DNA of 64,000 nt from contig NW_005434632.1 of NCBI RefSeq assembly GCF_000315625.1, forward strand, positions 219,901 to 283,900. Reading direction: 5' to 3'. Below are positions 23,560-36,847 of the stretch, in pieces; the first letter of the stretch is position 1; each line of letters begins with the position of its first letter. The notes beneath the pieces were generated by a model. The model searched no databases and was not told where the DNA came from. It was given only the letters and a program-made list of their open reading frames with translations. The DNA is from Guillardia theta CCMP2712 (taxonomy: Eukaryota > Protista > Cryptophyta). The position numbers and the translations under genes are program-made.

Positions 23560-26500
23560 ATGCTAGGGGGACGATGGCTGTGGATGGCAGTCCTGGTGCT
23601 GAGCTTGCTAGCTCATGGCAGGGTGAGTGGAGGAGTGATGATAGTATGGAGAGTGCTGGGACTATCGGTGACTCGCTCCCTTGCAGGCCTCTATCTTTGA
23701 TGAGTTCGACTCCGGCACTGAAGGTGAAGCGACTGGTGGTTGTAGCTAGGAGGATGATGGGTTCGAAAGATGTCGTCCCCTTCCATGATCGAGAGGATCT
23801 TGATCAGGACATGAAAGACTTCTTGGTGAGCTGAGCTGTGCGATGTCTCTCTTGGACTGACGGCTGGAAAGGAATGGTTGACAGCCAAAGGGATGAACTT
23901 TCAGGTCAGTGTCCCCCTGTCAAGCCGTCAGGCAGGACCTGAGGAAGAGACTGCAGAGTCAGGTGGATGTAGCGATCACCAACGGGACAGGAAGAGGGCT
24001 GCTGGCTCGTCGCTCTTTCATGTGCGCCGCTGCGATGTGGTTGCCTCGAGTCTCACCCTCGGCAGGCCTGGAGAGACCATGCTCGCAGTCCCTCCAGAGC
24101 TTCTCATCACTCCTGACATGGTTGCCATGGGCGCGAGGCTCTCCTGCACCTGCTGACTGTGTGCCCTCAGGCAAGGCGATCGGAGGTTGGGAGGGCGTTC
24201 AGGGAGCACGGGCTGGACGATTGCTCGGGGGGTGAGAGGGAGGGCTGAGCGGAGGGGACGTCTTGTGACGGGAGGGCCCAGGGGAGGACTCGACGTATGA
24301 ATGCATGCCGCTGCTAGCGATGCATCTGACGGTCTTGTACTACAATGAGAGGTTGCTGGCGAAGCTCTCTCTCCCTCCTTCTCTCCCTCCTCTCCCTCCT
24401 TCTCTCCCTCCCTCCCTCTCCAACTCCCTCCCCGCTGGCCTACCTGCATTCTCCTTGCCTCCTCCCTGCCTCCCCCCCTGCTTGACTGTCTGTCTGCCTG
24501 CCTCCACCCCTCCCTCCTTCAATCTCTGCTTTCGTCCCTTTCCCTTTCTCCGCTTGCTTTCTCACTGTTCATTCAGTCACGATTTCCATCCTTGGATGAA
24601 GATTTTGCCCCGAAAGTTGACGACAGTGAGTTTGAGACGAGGGACCATGTTAGCGTTGAGGTTGGTGCTTGCAGCCATTGTTCTGGTCGGATAAGGAGAG
24701 AGAGGAGCTGCAAGGTAGGATAAACTTTCACCCCACCTGGCCCTCATGTTTCTAATTGCAACGCCCTCATGTTTCTAATTGCAACGCCCTCATGTTTCTA
24801 ATTGCAACAGGCTCAAACCTCTACAACATGCTTGACGGATGGACGATGAATGTGGAGAAGCTGCACAGGTAGACGAAGAACAAACCCGGCAATCCACAAT
24901 CATTGTCAGTGACATGTGCACGCTAGATCGACTGCCCGCGTCCTCGGACAGCACAACGTCTTCCCGGATCTCCCCAAGGCCATCTACTCGCTCAAGGTCA
25001 GCCGTCGTGGTGGACGGGTTTGACTGGTCGGTGACTTTGACATATCAAGGAGTTCAAGTGGGCATACGCCACCATCTTTGCTAGAGCCTTCGATGTGGAT
25101 GGGAAAAGTTTCGGTGACGCGAATGTTGGACTTCGTTGCCTGGCTGAGGTTGCCGACAGGTTTCAGCGGGCGGCAAAGGATCATGGCGCCGATGGCGGAT
25201 CTGTTCAACCATGGGGACGTCAAAACTTCTTACACGTGAGATGCTGAATGAACTTGTGGCTGCAAGACTCTTTCTTGTGCTGATGCTTCTTGCTTGCCTG
25301 CTCGTGTCCTCGTCGTCGTCACAGGTTCAACGCGGCGTCTGGGCATTTTGAGCTCTTCACACAACAATTCTTCTCTCGGGGAGAGCAGGTGATGATGTAA
25401 GGGTGTTGGAGAGTGCAAACTCTGAAATAGAAGCATGCAGATCTTCATGAACTATGACTCGAAGAACAACGCAGAATTCCTCCTGCAGGTGAGAACTACA
25501 TGCCAGCATACCAACTGACAGCTCGACTGACTTGCTCCTCTTCTCTCCTCTCCTCTTCTCTCCTCTCCTCTTCTCTCCTCTTCTCTCCTCTCTCAACCCG
25601 GCCCCCCTCCTCGCTCCTCTTGCCTCCTGCCTCTCCCTCCCCAACTACCCCGCTTGTCTCTTAATCTCCTGCAGTACGGTTTTGTCATCGAGTCAAACCC
25701 TCACGACTACGTTGGTATCGCTGCCTCCATTGGTAACGACCAGCCGTTCTACCGAGACAAAGTACTGCTTCCCTCTGCCTACGACTCCTCCTCTTCCTTC
25801 TCCTTTTTCTCCTCCTGCATCCCACTCCAATTTCCCTCCCCTCCCTACCTTTGTTTCTTCCTTTCCTTCCTCGTTCCACTCACGTTCTTCCTGAATCCCT
25901 ATTCATCATCGTGTAGGAGATGCTCATGAAGAAACTTGGCTTCAACATGGGCGACAGACACCAGCTCAAGCTGTCCGGGCTCGAGAATAAGGCAAGGGGT
26001 GCCATCTCTACAACTCATCAGATGACCCATCACCTCATCTTCTCTTCTCCTTGCTGCTCATCTCCTGAGCTCTCTGACGATGGAAGCTGAACTTCTTCGT
26101 TCCTCTCTCAGTGATCTTGCCCGTGCTGCCGCTGACGTGTCAATAGTCGTTGGATTGCCTGCGAGTCCTCTGTGCTACCAAGGAAGAAATGGAAAGCGGA
26201 GAGAGCAGGTGAGACGCTGAAAAATGGTTTTGATACTCTGATGTTTTATACTTCATCTTGATTTCACCTCATCTTCTCCTCTCCGCTCTTCTGCTCTGCT
26301 CTGCTCTTCTCTGCTCTTCTCTGCTCTGCTCTGCTCTGCTCTGCTCTGCTCTGCTCTGCTCTGCTCTGCTCTGCTCTGCTCTCCTCTTTTCTTCCTTTCT
26401 GATTCTGGCTCTTTCTTCCTCGCTGCAACTCCCTCTTGACAGAAAAATTCTGCGGGGAAAGCAAATTTCAGACTCCAATGAAATCTGCGTGTATACGACC

Positions 26501-27419
26501 TTGGTAGGATCACTTGCTTCCTTTTCGCTTTTCAGTAGCTGCCTCTCCTCTCCTCTATTTGGCTCTGCTCCCATCCTCTCTCCTCCCCTTCCTCCTCTAA
26601 TCTCTTCATCTCAGATCGATGCTATTGAAGGGCTCCTCTCCCAGTACCCTACCCGGCTGATCGACGATGAGGTTCCTCCTCCGTGCCTTCCTTGCCTTTC
26701 TTGCCCCGTCCCGTCCCGTCCCATCCTCTCACACCCTCCGCTCTGATCCCTCGCTCGTCTATCTTCCGCTCTGCATCGCTTCCTCCCCTCTCCCCCTCCT
26801 CCCCTCACTCTCCTCCTTTCCTCCTCCTCCTCCTCTTCCTCCTCCTCCTCCTCCTCCTCCTCCTCCTCCTCCTCTCATTCCGCTCCTCTTCTTCTTTGCC
26901 TTTTCACTTCTCGTTTCTATAGAACATCATCAAGAACGACCTGCCTCACAACGTCAAGACTGCTCTCATCCTGCGCCGGTTCACCAACTCTCTCCCTCTC
27001 CCTCTTCCCCCACCTCTTCCCCCTGTCCTCTCCCTCGTGCTCTCATCCCCCCCACTATCCTCTCATCTCTGTAATCTCACTACTTCTTCCTCCTCCATCC
27101 TCCCTTGTCTCTATCTTCCTGCACATCCCAACCCCAGCGCCTTGTGCCCCTCGTTCGGCGCTTCCCTCCTTTCCCTTCCCCTCCCTCTGCCCTCTATCCC
27201 CACCCTTACTGAGCCCCCACAGGGACGAGAAACGCCTGCTCATCCTCAACCTGAGCAGATACCAGCGGCTCCTTGCCAGGCTCAAGGAGGTACAGCCAAC
27301 ATGTCTGCTGCAGCGTCTCACCCTCCCAGCAGAGGACCAAGGTCCATCGGGTCTCTGACAAGAGTCGATCCAAGCGCAAGGACGAGGACGACGAGGACGA
27401 TGAGGACGACGAGCTATGA
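23560..27419 (+). CDS. SET-domain methyltransferase, Rubisco LSMT/SETD3-like class, with signal peptide and C-terminal DDEL
   Basis: Spliced motifs [12 protein letters not shown]|[15 protein letters not shown]; FHPWMKILP; [13 protein letters not shown]; [12 protein letters not shown]; GEQ|[16 protein letters not shown]|YGFV. N-terminus [20 protein letters not shown]. Last exon [29 protein letters not shown]. Confidence 0.9.
24741..24808. repeat. 23-bp tandem repeat (gccctcatgtttctaattgcaac) x3 ending at an intron acceptor
   Basis: Direct repeats visible. Confidence 0.85.
26290..26382. repeat. (CTCTG)n microsatellite in an intron
   Basis: Visible; produces the spurious SRAEQ/ALLCS ORFs. Confidence 0.9.
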
Positions 27420-27620
27420 TACGTCATAACTTCCTCCTCCACCACTTGCTCCTCCTCTCGCTTGCTCCCTCCTCTTCACTTTCTGGTGGCTTCTTGTCTT
27501 CATTAGGAAATTCTTACTCTTCACTTGTCATTTACACCCTGCCAGCAATCAGACCCGCCTCTCCACTCCCTAGTCAGACTCGACCCCAGCTGCAGGATCA
27601 GCTGGAAAATTGGAGGTTGG

Positions 27621-30600
27621 TCACTCGAAAGGGTTCGAACCAGCACCCTGTCAATCCGTCAGTTCTTAGCTCATCTACCAGCTCCCCAGCTCGAGTTTAC
27701 CTGCAGGCCAAACCCTTGGACCGTATGGTTTCCTCCCATCCCCATCCCGAGTCCGTCATGCCCTCCGGTCGTCAGTCCCATCCCTCCCAAGCCGCCTCCA
27801 GCTGCCGTAAACATGCTGGACGAGCCTCCTCCCATCATGTTTCCTCCTCCCATACCTCCTCCCATCATGTTCCCTCCTCCCATACCTCCTCCCATCATGT
27901 TCCCTCCTCCCATACCTCCTCCCATCATGTTCCCTCCTCCCATACCTCCTCCCATCATGTTCCCTCCTCCCATACCTCCTCCCATCATGTTTCCTCCTCC
28001 CATACCTCCTCCCATCATGTTTCCTCCCATTCCTCCTCCTCCCATCATGTTTCCTCCTCCCATTCCTCCTCCTCCCATCATGTTCCCTCCTCCCATGCCA
28101 TTGCCTCCCATCATGCTGTTTCCTCCCATCATGCCATTGCCTCCCATTCCTCCGCCCAGCATGTTTCCTCCCATCGTGTTACCCGCTCCCCCCATCATGC
28201 TGGCTCCACCATTCATTCCCATCTGCTCATACCGTCACTGCATGACAGCCGGTATGACACGTCACCGGCATCGTCGGCGCATGGCTGTTCATCCCTTGCA
28301 TGCTAGACAGTGGGTGGATATTCCCATGTACTTGAGCGATGTTGGGCATCGTCATGCCCTGAGGGCCCTGCAGCCCTCCCAGTTCACTAAATGGCGAGGA
28401 GGAGGGTGGGGTGGGGGTGGAGGAAGGGGAGGAGAACGAAAATACGCAGTGCAATAGATACAACAAGGGAAGGAAAGCAGTGGGAGAGGGAAAAGGAAGG
28501 GTGAAGGGAGGGAGGAAGGGAGGGAGAGAGAGAGGGAATAGACTGACTGCGGCATAGAGGAGCTTGGAAGGGTGAAGGGAGGGAGGGAGGGAGAGAGGGA
28601 ATAGACTGACTGCGGCATAGAGGAGCTTGAGGTTGTCGCCCGAGAGTACATTGCTGCTAATGTTCGCCTGATCGAGCAAGTCAAGATCGCAGGAGCAGCA
28701 GACAACAATCCGAAGAGATTGAAGAGTTGGGGTGAGAGGGCGTGAGGGTTGCAAGAGGAGCAGCAGGAGGCTTACCGGGACCGGTGGGCCGAAGGGATCA
28801 TCAGTAAAAGGGTTCTCCTCCTTCGTTCTTCTGGAGACATCAGCAGTAAGAAACTAGTTTATTCCTGCCCCTGCCCCTGCCCCTGCCCCTCCCCCTTACC
28901 CAAAGGGATTGTTGGCTGCGTCTTGATGGTTGGTACCGCCCGCCCCGAAGGGATCCCAGTCGTCGGCGTTGACATGAGTAGCAGCATGAGAGGTAAAGTC
29001 TGTTTGAGCAAGTTGCAGAATGATTGCGGTCAGAAAGGCGATGAGGGAGAGGGCAACGGAGGATAAGGAGAGGGAGAAGGCGAGAGAGAGATGAAAAGGA
29101 GGAGGAGGAGGAGGAGGAGGAGGAGGAGGAGAACACTTACGATCTCTGACACCAGACGAAAAGATGTCGTCTAGCTTGATAAGGTCATCCGAGGCTTCGA
29201 GTTTCTATTGATAAGAAAGTCAGCAATGGAAGAGTAGATATGCAGATGAAACAGGCAAGGAGAAAAGGGGGAAAGGGAGGGCGGATGGGAGGAAAAGAAG
29301 AGAGGAGAGGGAGAGGAGACAGGAAGGGAAGAAGCAAAACAAACTAGTATGTGTTTGTGTTATACTTTGGCTTTCGAAGCCTCAAACTTTCGTTTTGTGT
29401 TTGACTGTGAGAGTTTCAAGGTGTGAAGGAGATCTGCAAGAAGGAACAGATCGAAACCTCTTCCTCAATCTCCTCCAGCGAGATCTTAGCCACACTCTGG
29501 GGCAGCTCCTCGTCATCCTGGGAGACACAGGCAGGTCAGACAGCAAACAAGAGCAGGAAGTTTCTTCGAGATGTCAGGTTCAAGGAAGAAGAGAGGTGAA
29601 GAAGGGTATCGCAGGAGAAGAGCAACATTGATCAAGGCGAACAAGGCGAAAGGAAACGGGAAGAGGAGCAAGCAAGAAACAAGATCAATAACGTCGCGAT
29701 ACATTCAGCTGCTGGTTCGCGTCGATCGCAACATCGGCCAGGGCCTTCACGGTCTCGTAGCTTCTCAAGTGTCAAAAATAAACAACGTCAGCAGAGCGTC
29801 CGACGCACCATCCGTCGTCGGAGTTGATCAGCTTCTGCTAGCAGCATCAAGACAAGAAAATACTAGATGACTTCCACTGACCAGACAATCTTCAAGCTTC
29901 CTGTTGAACTTCTTGATAGCCGTCTTGTCAAACGCAGTGAGCGGGATGGCACCTGCATGATTCGAGTCTTAGCGATCTGGTTCAATCAGTCAACAAAGTA
30001 CAGTCTCGGTCGAAGCTTGCTTGCTGTATATAGCTTTGAAGCTTGGAGGGAAACTGAATAACCATGTCAAATGCAAGTAACTTTCACAATCCCTAAACCC
30101 TAAACCCAAAACCCCTTCATATCATTGCTATTGTCATCATCGACCATGATACCACCATCACCTAACCAAACACCGACTACTATCATCGTCTTTATCATTA
30201 TCATCAGCACCACAATCTTCATCCTTATCACCGTGACAAACTTCGAGTACAGCTTCGCCATCTTCTTTGCGTTGGTAACAGACTGTTGCCCTGCACGCAA
30301 GTGAGCAAGACTCCTGAGCGGGTCAACAAGGTCACTGACCGATACACTGTCGCACTCTCGACATTCCCTCCTCGAAAGCGCTGAACAACGACATCGCATC
30401 CAAGAGCAGCAGGTTGATAGCGTACTGAAAGCATCGTCACTTGAAACGGACGTGAGATGAGGCAGCAAGAACACACGCACCTGCACGGCATTCTTACTCT
30501 TCGCCTCCATCAATCCTCCTTGCAGGTCGCAATCAAGTAGCTTCGTTAACTGGTGCATAAAATATCAAGGGAGTATCAGGAAACGGCCGACCTTTATCTT

Positions 30601-31525
30601 TCCCCACCTGCAGATCAATGCATGTGAGATGCTCCACCAGGTCGTTGTTTCCTAGCTTGACGATCATGCTCTCTTCGAACTCTGTCTCTCTGCACTGCCA
30701 TCAGTGACACTCACCAACATTTCGAGGCCGACCTTTGATACGAGTGCTTGCAAATCGCAAAGCACCCAAGCATCTCCCGAACGTACTTGCCGTAGCTTGA
30801 CATCCCAAGTCAATAAAATTTCCGTTCCCGGAGATGACAACGCACATTTGAGCATACGGGTTTGATGTTGGGACCTCTAAAATCTGAGAATACTGCATGC
30901 AACTCAAACAACAAAACATTTGAGGTCGCAAACTATCATGCTGTACCTTGGAGCATAAGGCGATGAAGGAGTTGTCACCACTGTTCATGCAACGATGGAG
31001 AACAGCAATAGTCTTCACACCTGATCATATGGGGGAGGCGAGAGGAGCAGATCAACTCGTCAAAATAGTCTGAGCCAACAAGACCTCACCAGCTGCATAG
31101 GATGTAGAGATCACACCCGGCTGACTCGCTTCTTTCAGCCGCCGGGCTAGCATCTGCCATTCAATGATAAGCTGCATCCCAAGCATGAGCCATAGCGAAC
31201 CTTAAGGACAGTCTTGCTGTTGTCACCATCTGTTATCGCTCTCTGCAAAAAGGAAATGTGTTTTTCCTTAGGAGCTTTGGTATTGTTCTGAGAGATGCGA
31301 GTTAACACATGAAACAACATGAAACATCCCATCGCACCTTGGTGCTTTTGAACACTGCTCTCTCAAGCGGAGCGTAATCAGTCCCTCCAACCGTGAGCTC
31401 CAATTCCAACCTGCAACTGCGTCAAACCTCGATGCAAAACGAAGCCCAAGGCCGAAGGTGTACGCTTGCCTTTCAGCGATAACAAATGCTCTTCGCTTCA
31501 AATGCTCCTTCAAGGATTCCGTCAT
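27621..31525 (-). CDS. ANTH/ENTH-domain clathrin assembly protein (AP180/CALM-like) with Gly/Met-rich tail
   Basis: APKEKHISFL..MLARRL..VKTIAVLHRCMNSG (ANTH); NAKKMAKLYSKF; DDLIKLDD clathrin-box-like; DWDPF, NNPF, ENPFTDDPF motifs; final exon GAGSNPFE*. Confidence 0.85.
27825..28135. repeat. Coding 30-bp minisatellite encoding (MMGGGMGGGN)n on the minus strand
   Basis: cccatcatgttccctcctcccatacctcct units, ~8-10 copies, in frame in the ANTH gene. Confidence 0.9.
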
Positions 31526-33487
31526 CTTGAATCGCAGGTGCTAAGCCGGGCCTGGCGAGCCTCTACAACCAGCGATCAGAAACTTAATCAAGCAATACTA
31601 CGATGAAAGGGTTCGTCAACAAATAGAAAGCTAGCTCGCTTGCGTGTTGGTGCATTCATATGTATTCCGCTGGTCTAATACATGCTTACAGTTGATGCAC
31701 TCATACGCATAGTTCCTGTCTAGTGCATCTTTCGTGGGGATGGATGTAAATCAGGGATCCATCGAATCAAGGATGACATGGCACAACCTAAAACTGTCTT
31801 GAAATATTTCCTTGATATCATGATTTCAAGCACAAGGATGCTTTCAGCCTTGTTTCAATTCCACATTGTCTACATTAAACGAGGAAGAGTCTGAATGATA
31901 AATCTCGGCTTTTCAAATATTCCTTCGCATTGCCACCCGAAACGTGATCCGCTAGTGTAATTATCTATGCCTTCCTGTCTCCCCATTGATTAATCTTTAC
32001 AACGATATATGATTTTATCTAAGTATCATAAATTTATTCTGTTGAGATCACTTTATTCCTCTCTTTCTGCCCCTTCCTGCCGCACAACTACCCGATCCCT
32101 TTGAACCATTTCAAAACTGCATTGCTCCCCTGCCCGTTGTCCTCCAACTTTGCCTTTATCTTCCCCTCATTCTTGTTCAAGATTTCTCATCTTTGCCCTT
32201 TCCGATGGGCTACCGTCCCTCCTCTCTCCTGCTTCCTGGAAAGTTCTCTCGCCATGATTCACATTCCATCTTATCCATTGTTTAACTCCTCCATTATCCC
32301 TAGAATTATCCCCAACAGGAACCGATGCTGGCTCACTCTGACAACTCCATTCCAACCTGTTTCCCTACATGTAGTCCTCCCTGCATTACCCTCCCCTCCT
32401 TTCCTCGCATCTCTCTCCTTCCCCTCTCTCCTCCTCCTTGGCTCTCGCCGCCAAGGCATAACAAAATTGGGGACTCCGTCGGTAGGAAGGTAGGGGATGA
32501 GGCCAGATTCTACAAAGGGGGTAGGGGTACTTTTAGGAGCATGTTAAAGGGGATGTGGGTGGGTGCAGGATATAGGAATGAGGGGTAGACCTCAGCTGTA
32601 GGGTTGTGGAGCTCGGGGGTACTGGACCATACGGGGTGGGGTCCTTGGGTTCTATGGTCACCGGCTGGGACGACCCAAACCCAAATGTTCCTCAAGTCCG
32701 TATAACGGTGGTACTTGGGGGAGGGGGTAGGGGTCACTACCCCTCCACCCATCCTTCAAGTTCCTCGGCCACTTTTTGGTTGTTTCGAGACAAAATGTTT
32801 GCAACTTTTGAAATTACGATGAACTCTTATAAAATGAGTGGCAGAATGATTTTAAAATTTGGACGTTGAACGTGAAATTGAAGGGGGGTAGGGTACATAC
32901 TGCTAGGGTGCTTGCAGGGTGGGTCCGGACAGGGCCCGTAGGGGGTGTAGAGAGATCAACCACCCCAAACCATCACCCCCCATTATCCTCAATAAAGTAC
33001 CCCTTATTTTTCAGGAACGACTGTCCTCGTACTGATTTTTAACTTAACTTTGAGTAAAGAGGTAGTAAATTATGCTATCCAGGTGACCCGGTGACGCCCG
33101 GTGCTGGTACGGCTGTTCCGACACCGGGAGGTCCCCATGAAACTTTCTTTACACGCGAAATGCACCGTCAACTGTCGATGACCATCCTTCTCCTGCTCAG
33201 CCGCTGCTCCGTCACGCCCGTCCCTGCTGTTGATGCATGCGTTAGCAAACCTCTCTTGCATGCTCTCATCCTGCACCATTCCTATCCTGGCCTCCCTGTC
33301 CTTTCATCCATGACTGCAATTGCACTGATTTCCATTTTGAATGGATCTGTCGATGTGACGCATAACCATCAATAGAACTCTTGCAGAGGGCAAGCTTCAT
33401 GGTCCTTGGATTTTATCTTGTTGGTGTTGTAATTCCTTACGTTTGAGTTTGCTGTAGGTCGAGACTTGACATTCTGGCAAAAGGAAA

Positions 33488-34061
33488 TGTCCAACGATGC
33501 CACCATCAGCTTTTTCCATGAAATGGCGGACCTTGTCTTGAAACCTCTCAATCTGCATCAGAATCACGCTGTCCAAGGAAGCAACTCAACTCAGCATATT
33601 GAAGACACTCCCTCTTCACCAGAGCAACAGCACAAGCTGGACTTCGCAGACGTCGACTATACCTGGATGGAACCATCCGTATCAGCGAGCCTCGTGCATT
33701 CCGTGCCGCTTAAATCTGAAGATCAGAATAAGTCGCTCACACGCGCAGATTTCTGCAATCTCTTCTTTGCCCTCTCGCAGATGGAGCAGCAAGGCTTGCT
33801 GACGGAGGCGGAGATAGAGAAGCTGCACAAGAGGTTCACGCTGCGAACTGACATGGGAGCTGGTGGACTGACGGGGGGTGAGCAGCATCGTGAAGAAGGA
33901 TCATAGCGTGGGGGAGGCGTTTCGGAAGTTTGAAGTGCATGGGAATGTAAGTAGGAGGGCAGAGGAGGGCAGAGGAGGGCGGGGAGAGCAAGCGGGGGGA
34001 GGAGGAAGGGAGGACGATCTTGACCATTCGAGGCAGGAAGAGGCATTTGCAAAAGAACTGC
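33488..34061 (+). CDS. Hypothetical protein with ~60-aa helical C-terminal domain (copy 1), ends uncertain
   Basis: Spliced LTRADFCNLFFALSQMEQQGLLTEAEIEKLHK|SIVKKDHSVGEAFRKFEVHGN|EEAFAKEL. Confidence 0.6.
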
Positions 34062-34872
34062 GTAAGTGTGTGTACGTTTAGTGGTGATGGTCGTGATCAG
34101 CAAGTCGATCAGCTTTGGCTGTTTGCTGGTCCAGGTAGGGATGGTTAGGTTGATGTTTGGGTTAGGATACTTCATATTAACGACCAACTCGACGAGCTTG
34201 CCCGCTTCGAATTGGTCTGTTTTTTTGCTGTTCAAGTTGCGGCTACTTCAATTTTGTTCCTCATTGAGTGAAACTTTCTTTTTGAGTCGGCCTTATGGTC
34301 TCAGTCATCTCTACATTGTGCTATTACACGATACAACGGGTCAGACATCGATGGGCGCTTCAGCGTGAGAAGGAAACTGAGTTCTGGCCATTTGTCTTCC
34401 GAATGCTCAGAGCTCACATGGCCACTTGAGGTAGAGTGCAGGGCTTGATCGGCCTGAGTCCCACCTGGCCGATTAATGCCAGATAGATGCCACATGTTCA
34501 GTTTCAATCCTTCTGAATCAGTGAGCATTCGGAATTAGCGATTAGCATGAAATGGAAGCCAGGGGCTGGGTTGAGGCAAATTTGATTTCGGCAGTGTTTC
34601 CGACTCGATCCCATACAGAATGATGTGATTCAGTCGAAATCCAAACCCACAGGAGGTCAGCAAGGAGCGGCTGAAAAGGATAGAGAGATCCTGAAATATC
34701 GCCCGCATGAGAGTTACTGCCTTCTGTCAATTTGTACTGAAAATGTTGTAACTCTATGGGACGAAGAGCCGGCGGCACTCAAGAGCCCAGTGGGGTCGTG
34801 AATATCAAACATGTACAAGCGTAAATCACAAATAAAGTATCACTACAATCACCGCGATTTTTCTGCCCTGAT

Positions 34873-35858
34873 CTAAACTGCCAGAGTCATGCTGATTCTT
34901 GATCCGCATTCTGAGCCCGGTGACGACTCCCCATCGTCCGCTTCCCGATAAATGTACAAATATCTCTGAAGATCTCTTGCAAATGCCTCTTCCTGTGCCG
35001 CAATCATCACCCTTCCTCTTCCATTTCTCCGCTCCCCTCTTTCACTCTCCCTCCCTCCTCCCCCCGCCCTCCTCTGCCCTCCTCTGCACTCCTACTTACA
35101 TTCCCATGCACTTCAAACTTCCGAAACGCCTCCCCCACGCTATGATCCTTCTTCACGATGCTGCTCACCCCCCGTCAGTCCACTAGCTCCCACGTCAGTT
35201 CGCAGCGTCCACCTCAATTGCAGCTTCTCTATCTCCGCCTCCGTCAGCAAGCCTTGCTGCTCCATCTGCGAGAGGGCAAAGAAGAGATTGCAGAAATCTG
35301 CGCGTGTCAGAGAATGTCTGCGCATGTTCTGCACATCCTCTGTTGAGCTGTCTCCTCTCATTTGGGTGACGAGAGGGTCACTTCGAGGTATCACTTTCAC
35401 TGCTTTCGTTCGTACTTCTTCCTCTTCGATTTCATCCACTGATCTATAAACGAGCTGCGCATATTGACTGAAGGAGTCGTCCGGAGATCTGATCATCTTC
35501 AGACAAGACAAAGTGTTGTAGCCTGCCAATCAAAAGCGATTAGAAACAACATCGAGGAGAGCTAACTTAGACTGGCATGTGTCTTTTGTGTTATACATCA
35601 GTTGTGAGGCACAAAAGACCCCGCTATTGCTGTTTGCGTTTCCATTAGAAAAAAAAATGCGTGCATGAAACCCCATTGTTCCCTCACCACTGCATGACCT
35701 GTATGCACTGGCATGAAATGAAAAGTTGACCTCGCTCGCGATCTTAACGTCAAGATCCGCAAGCTATCGGCTCCTAGTGATGAAAAACACTTGTTTCCTC
35801 GTCTACTCCTGTGCATCCTCTCATTGTTGACCTCGCCCTTGTCCGTCCTCGCTGCCAT
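34873..35858 (-). CDS. Hypothetical protein with the same C-terminal domain (copy 2, convergent), different N-terminus
   Basis: LTRADFCNLFFALSQMEQQGLLTEAEIEKLQL|SIVKKDHSVGEAFRKFEVHGN|EEAFARDLQRYLYIYRE..LAV*; start uncertain. Confidence 0.6.
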
Positions 35859-36847
35859 TCCTCTTCGACTACAATGCTTCCGACCATCGGGGGATTCAGT
35901 GTTGCCACAGGGGGGTTCAAAGCCACTAAACCATAGAATATTTGGCACTGGAGCTGAGCAAATATTGCTGTTTATAATCAAATTACACATATAGATTTCA
36001 TTTTTTCGTTGTGACTGGCAGCTACTTCATAATTTGTGGTTCATTTTAGAGCATAGCTGCCGGGCCCCGGACGGTCTCGGCCGCCGACGAGTTGGCCAAG
36101 GCCCCGGCCCAGGTCGCTAACAAGTAATGAAGTTAACTCATTTCGCAAGGTCATAGGAAGTGGTGTAGGTATCCTACGGCAACCTAGGAGACCAGCAGTA
36201 GTAGTCACCTACCGCAACTATTCGGCAGCTGCTCCGAAGGGTGAACAGTGTTCTAGTACTATGTTGAAATTTGAGTAATAATTTCCATAACATGGACACA
36301 TTCAAACTTGAGTCCATTACCGAAATATATTTCTACAATTTCAAAATAATGAGAGAAATTCTACAGCTTTCTTCAATCTTTCCCAAAAGATTTGAGGTGC
36401 TAAAGCCAATAGAACAAGTCACCCCTGCACCCTACCCTCCCTACCCTCTTGTGTAATATCCCGGTTTTAGAGTACCCCTTTTACCCTCAACCCTCCAATC
36501 TTCTATTTGACTACCCCGTCCATTCTCATACCTCTCCACCCACCCTACAATCAGCAGATTCACCCCACCCTACGTTTTTGGCAACCTTCTTCAGCACATA
36601 ACCGAAACCAGAGCTGCTGACTCGACCCTTCCTGTCGACCACCCTACCTCATGAGTACATTGGCACCCGTCCTGCGGCCTTCCCAAACAGGATTTCCGCC
36701 CGATAGATATCCTTTGCCGTCCACTCTTCAGCATCCAAATCCTCCTCCTCCAACTCCCACCAACGCGTGGAAACTTTCTCCTTCCCTGCCCTGTGTCAAT
36801 CCTCAGAAGCAAGTAACGAGACCCCTTTCGAACTCCTTGTTTGTACA

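Noticed and set aside
27416-28457. His/Ser-rich and Pro-rich plus-strand ORFs
   Set aside because: Antisense shadows of the Gly/Met repeat exon of the ANTH gene
30091-30111. Telomere-like CCCTAAA repeats
   Set aside because: Only two perfect copies inside an intron; too short to call
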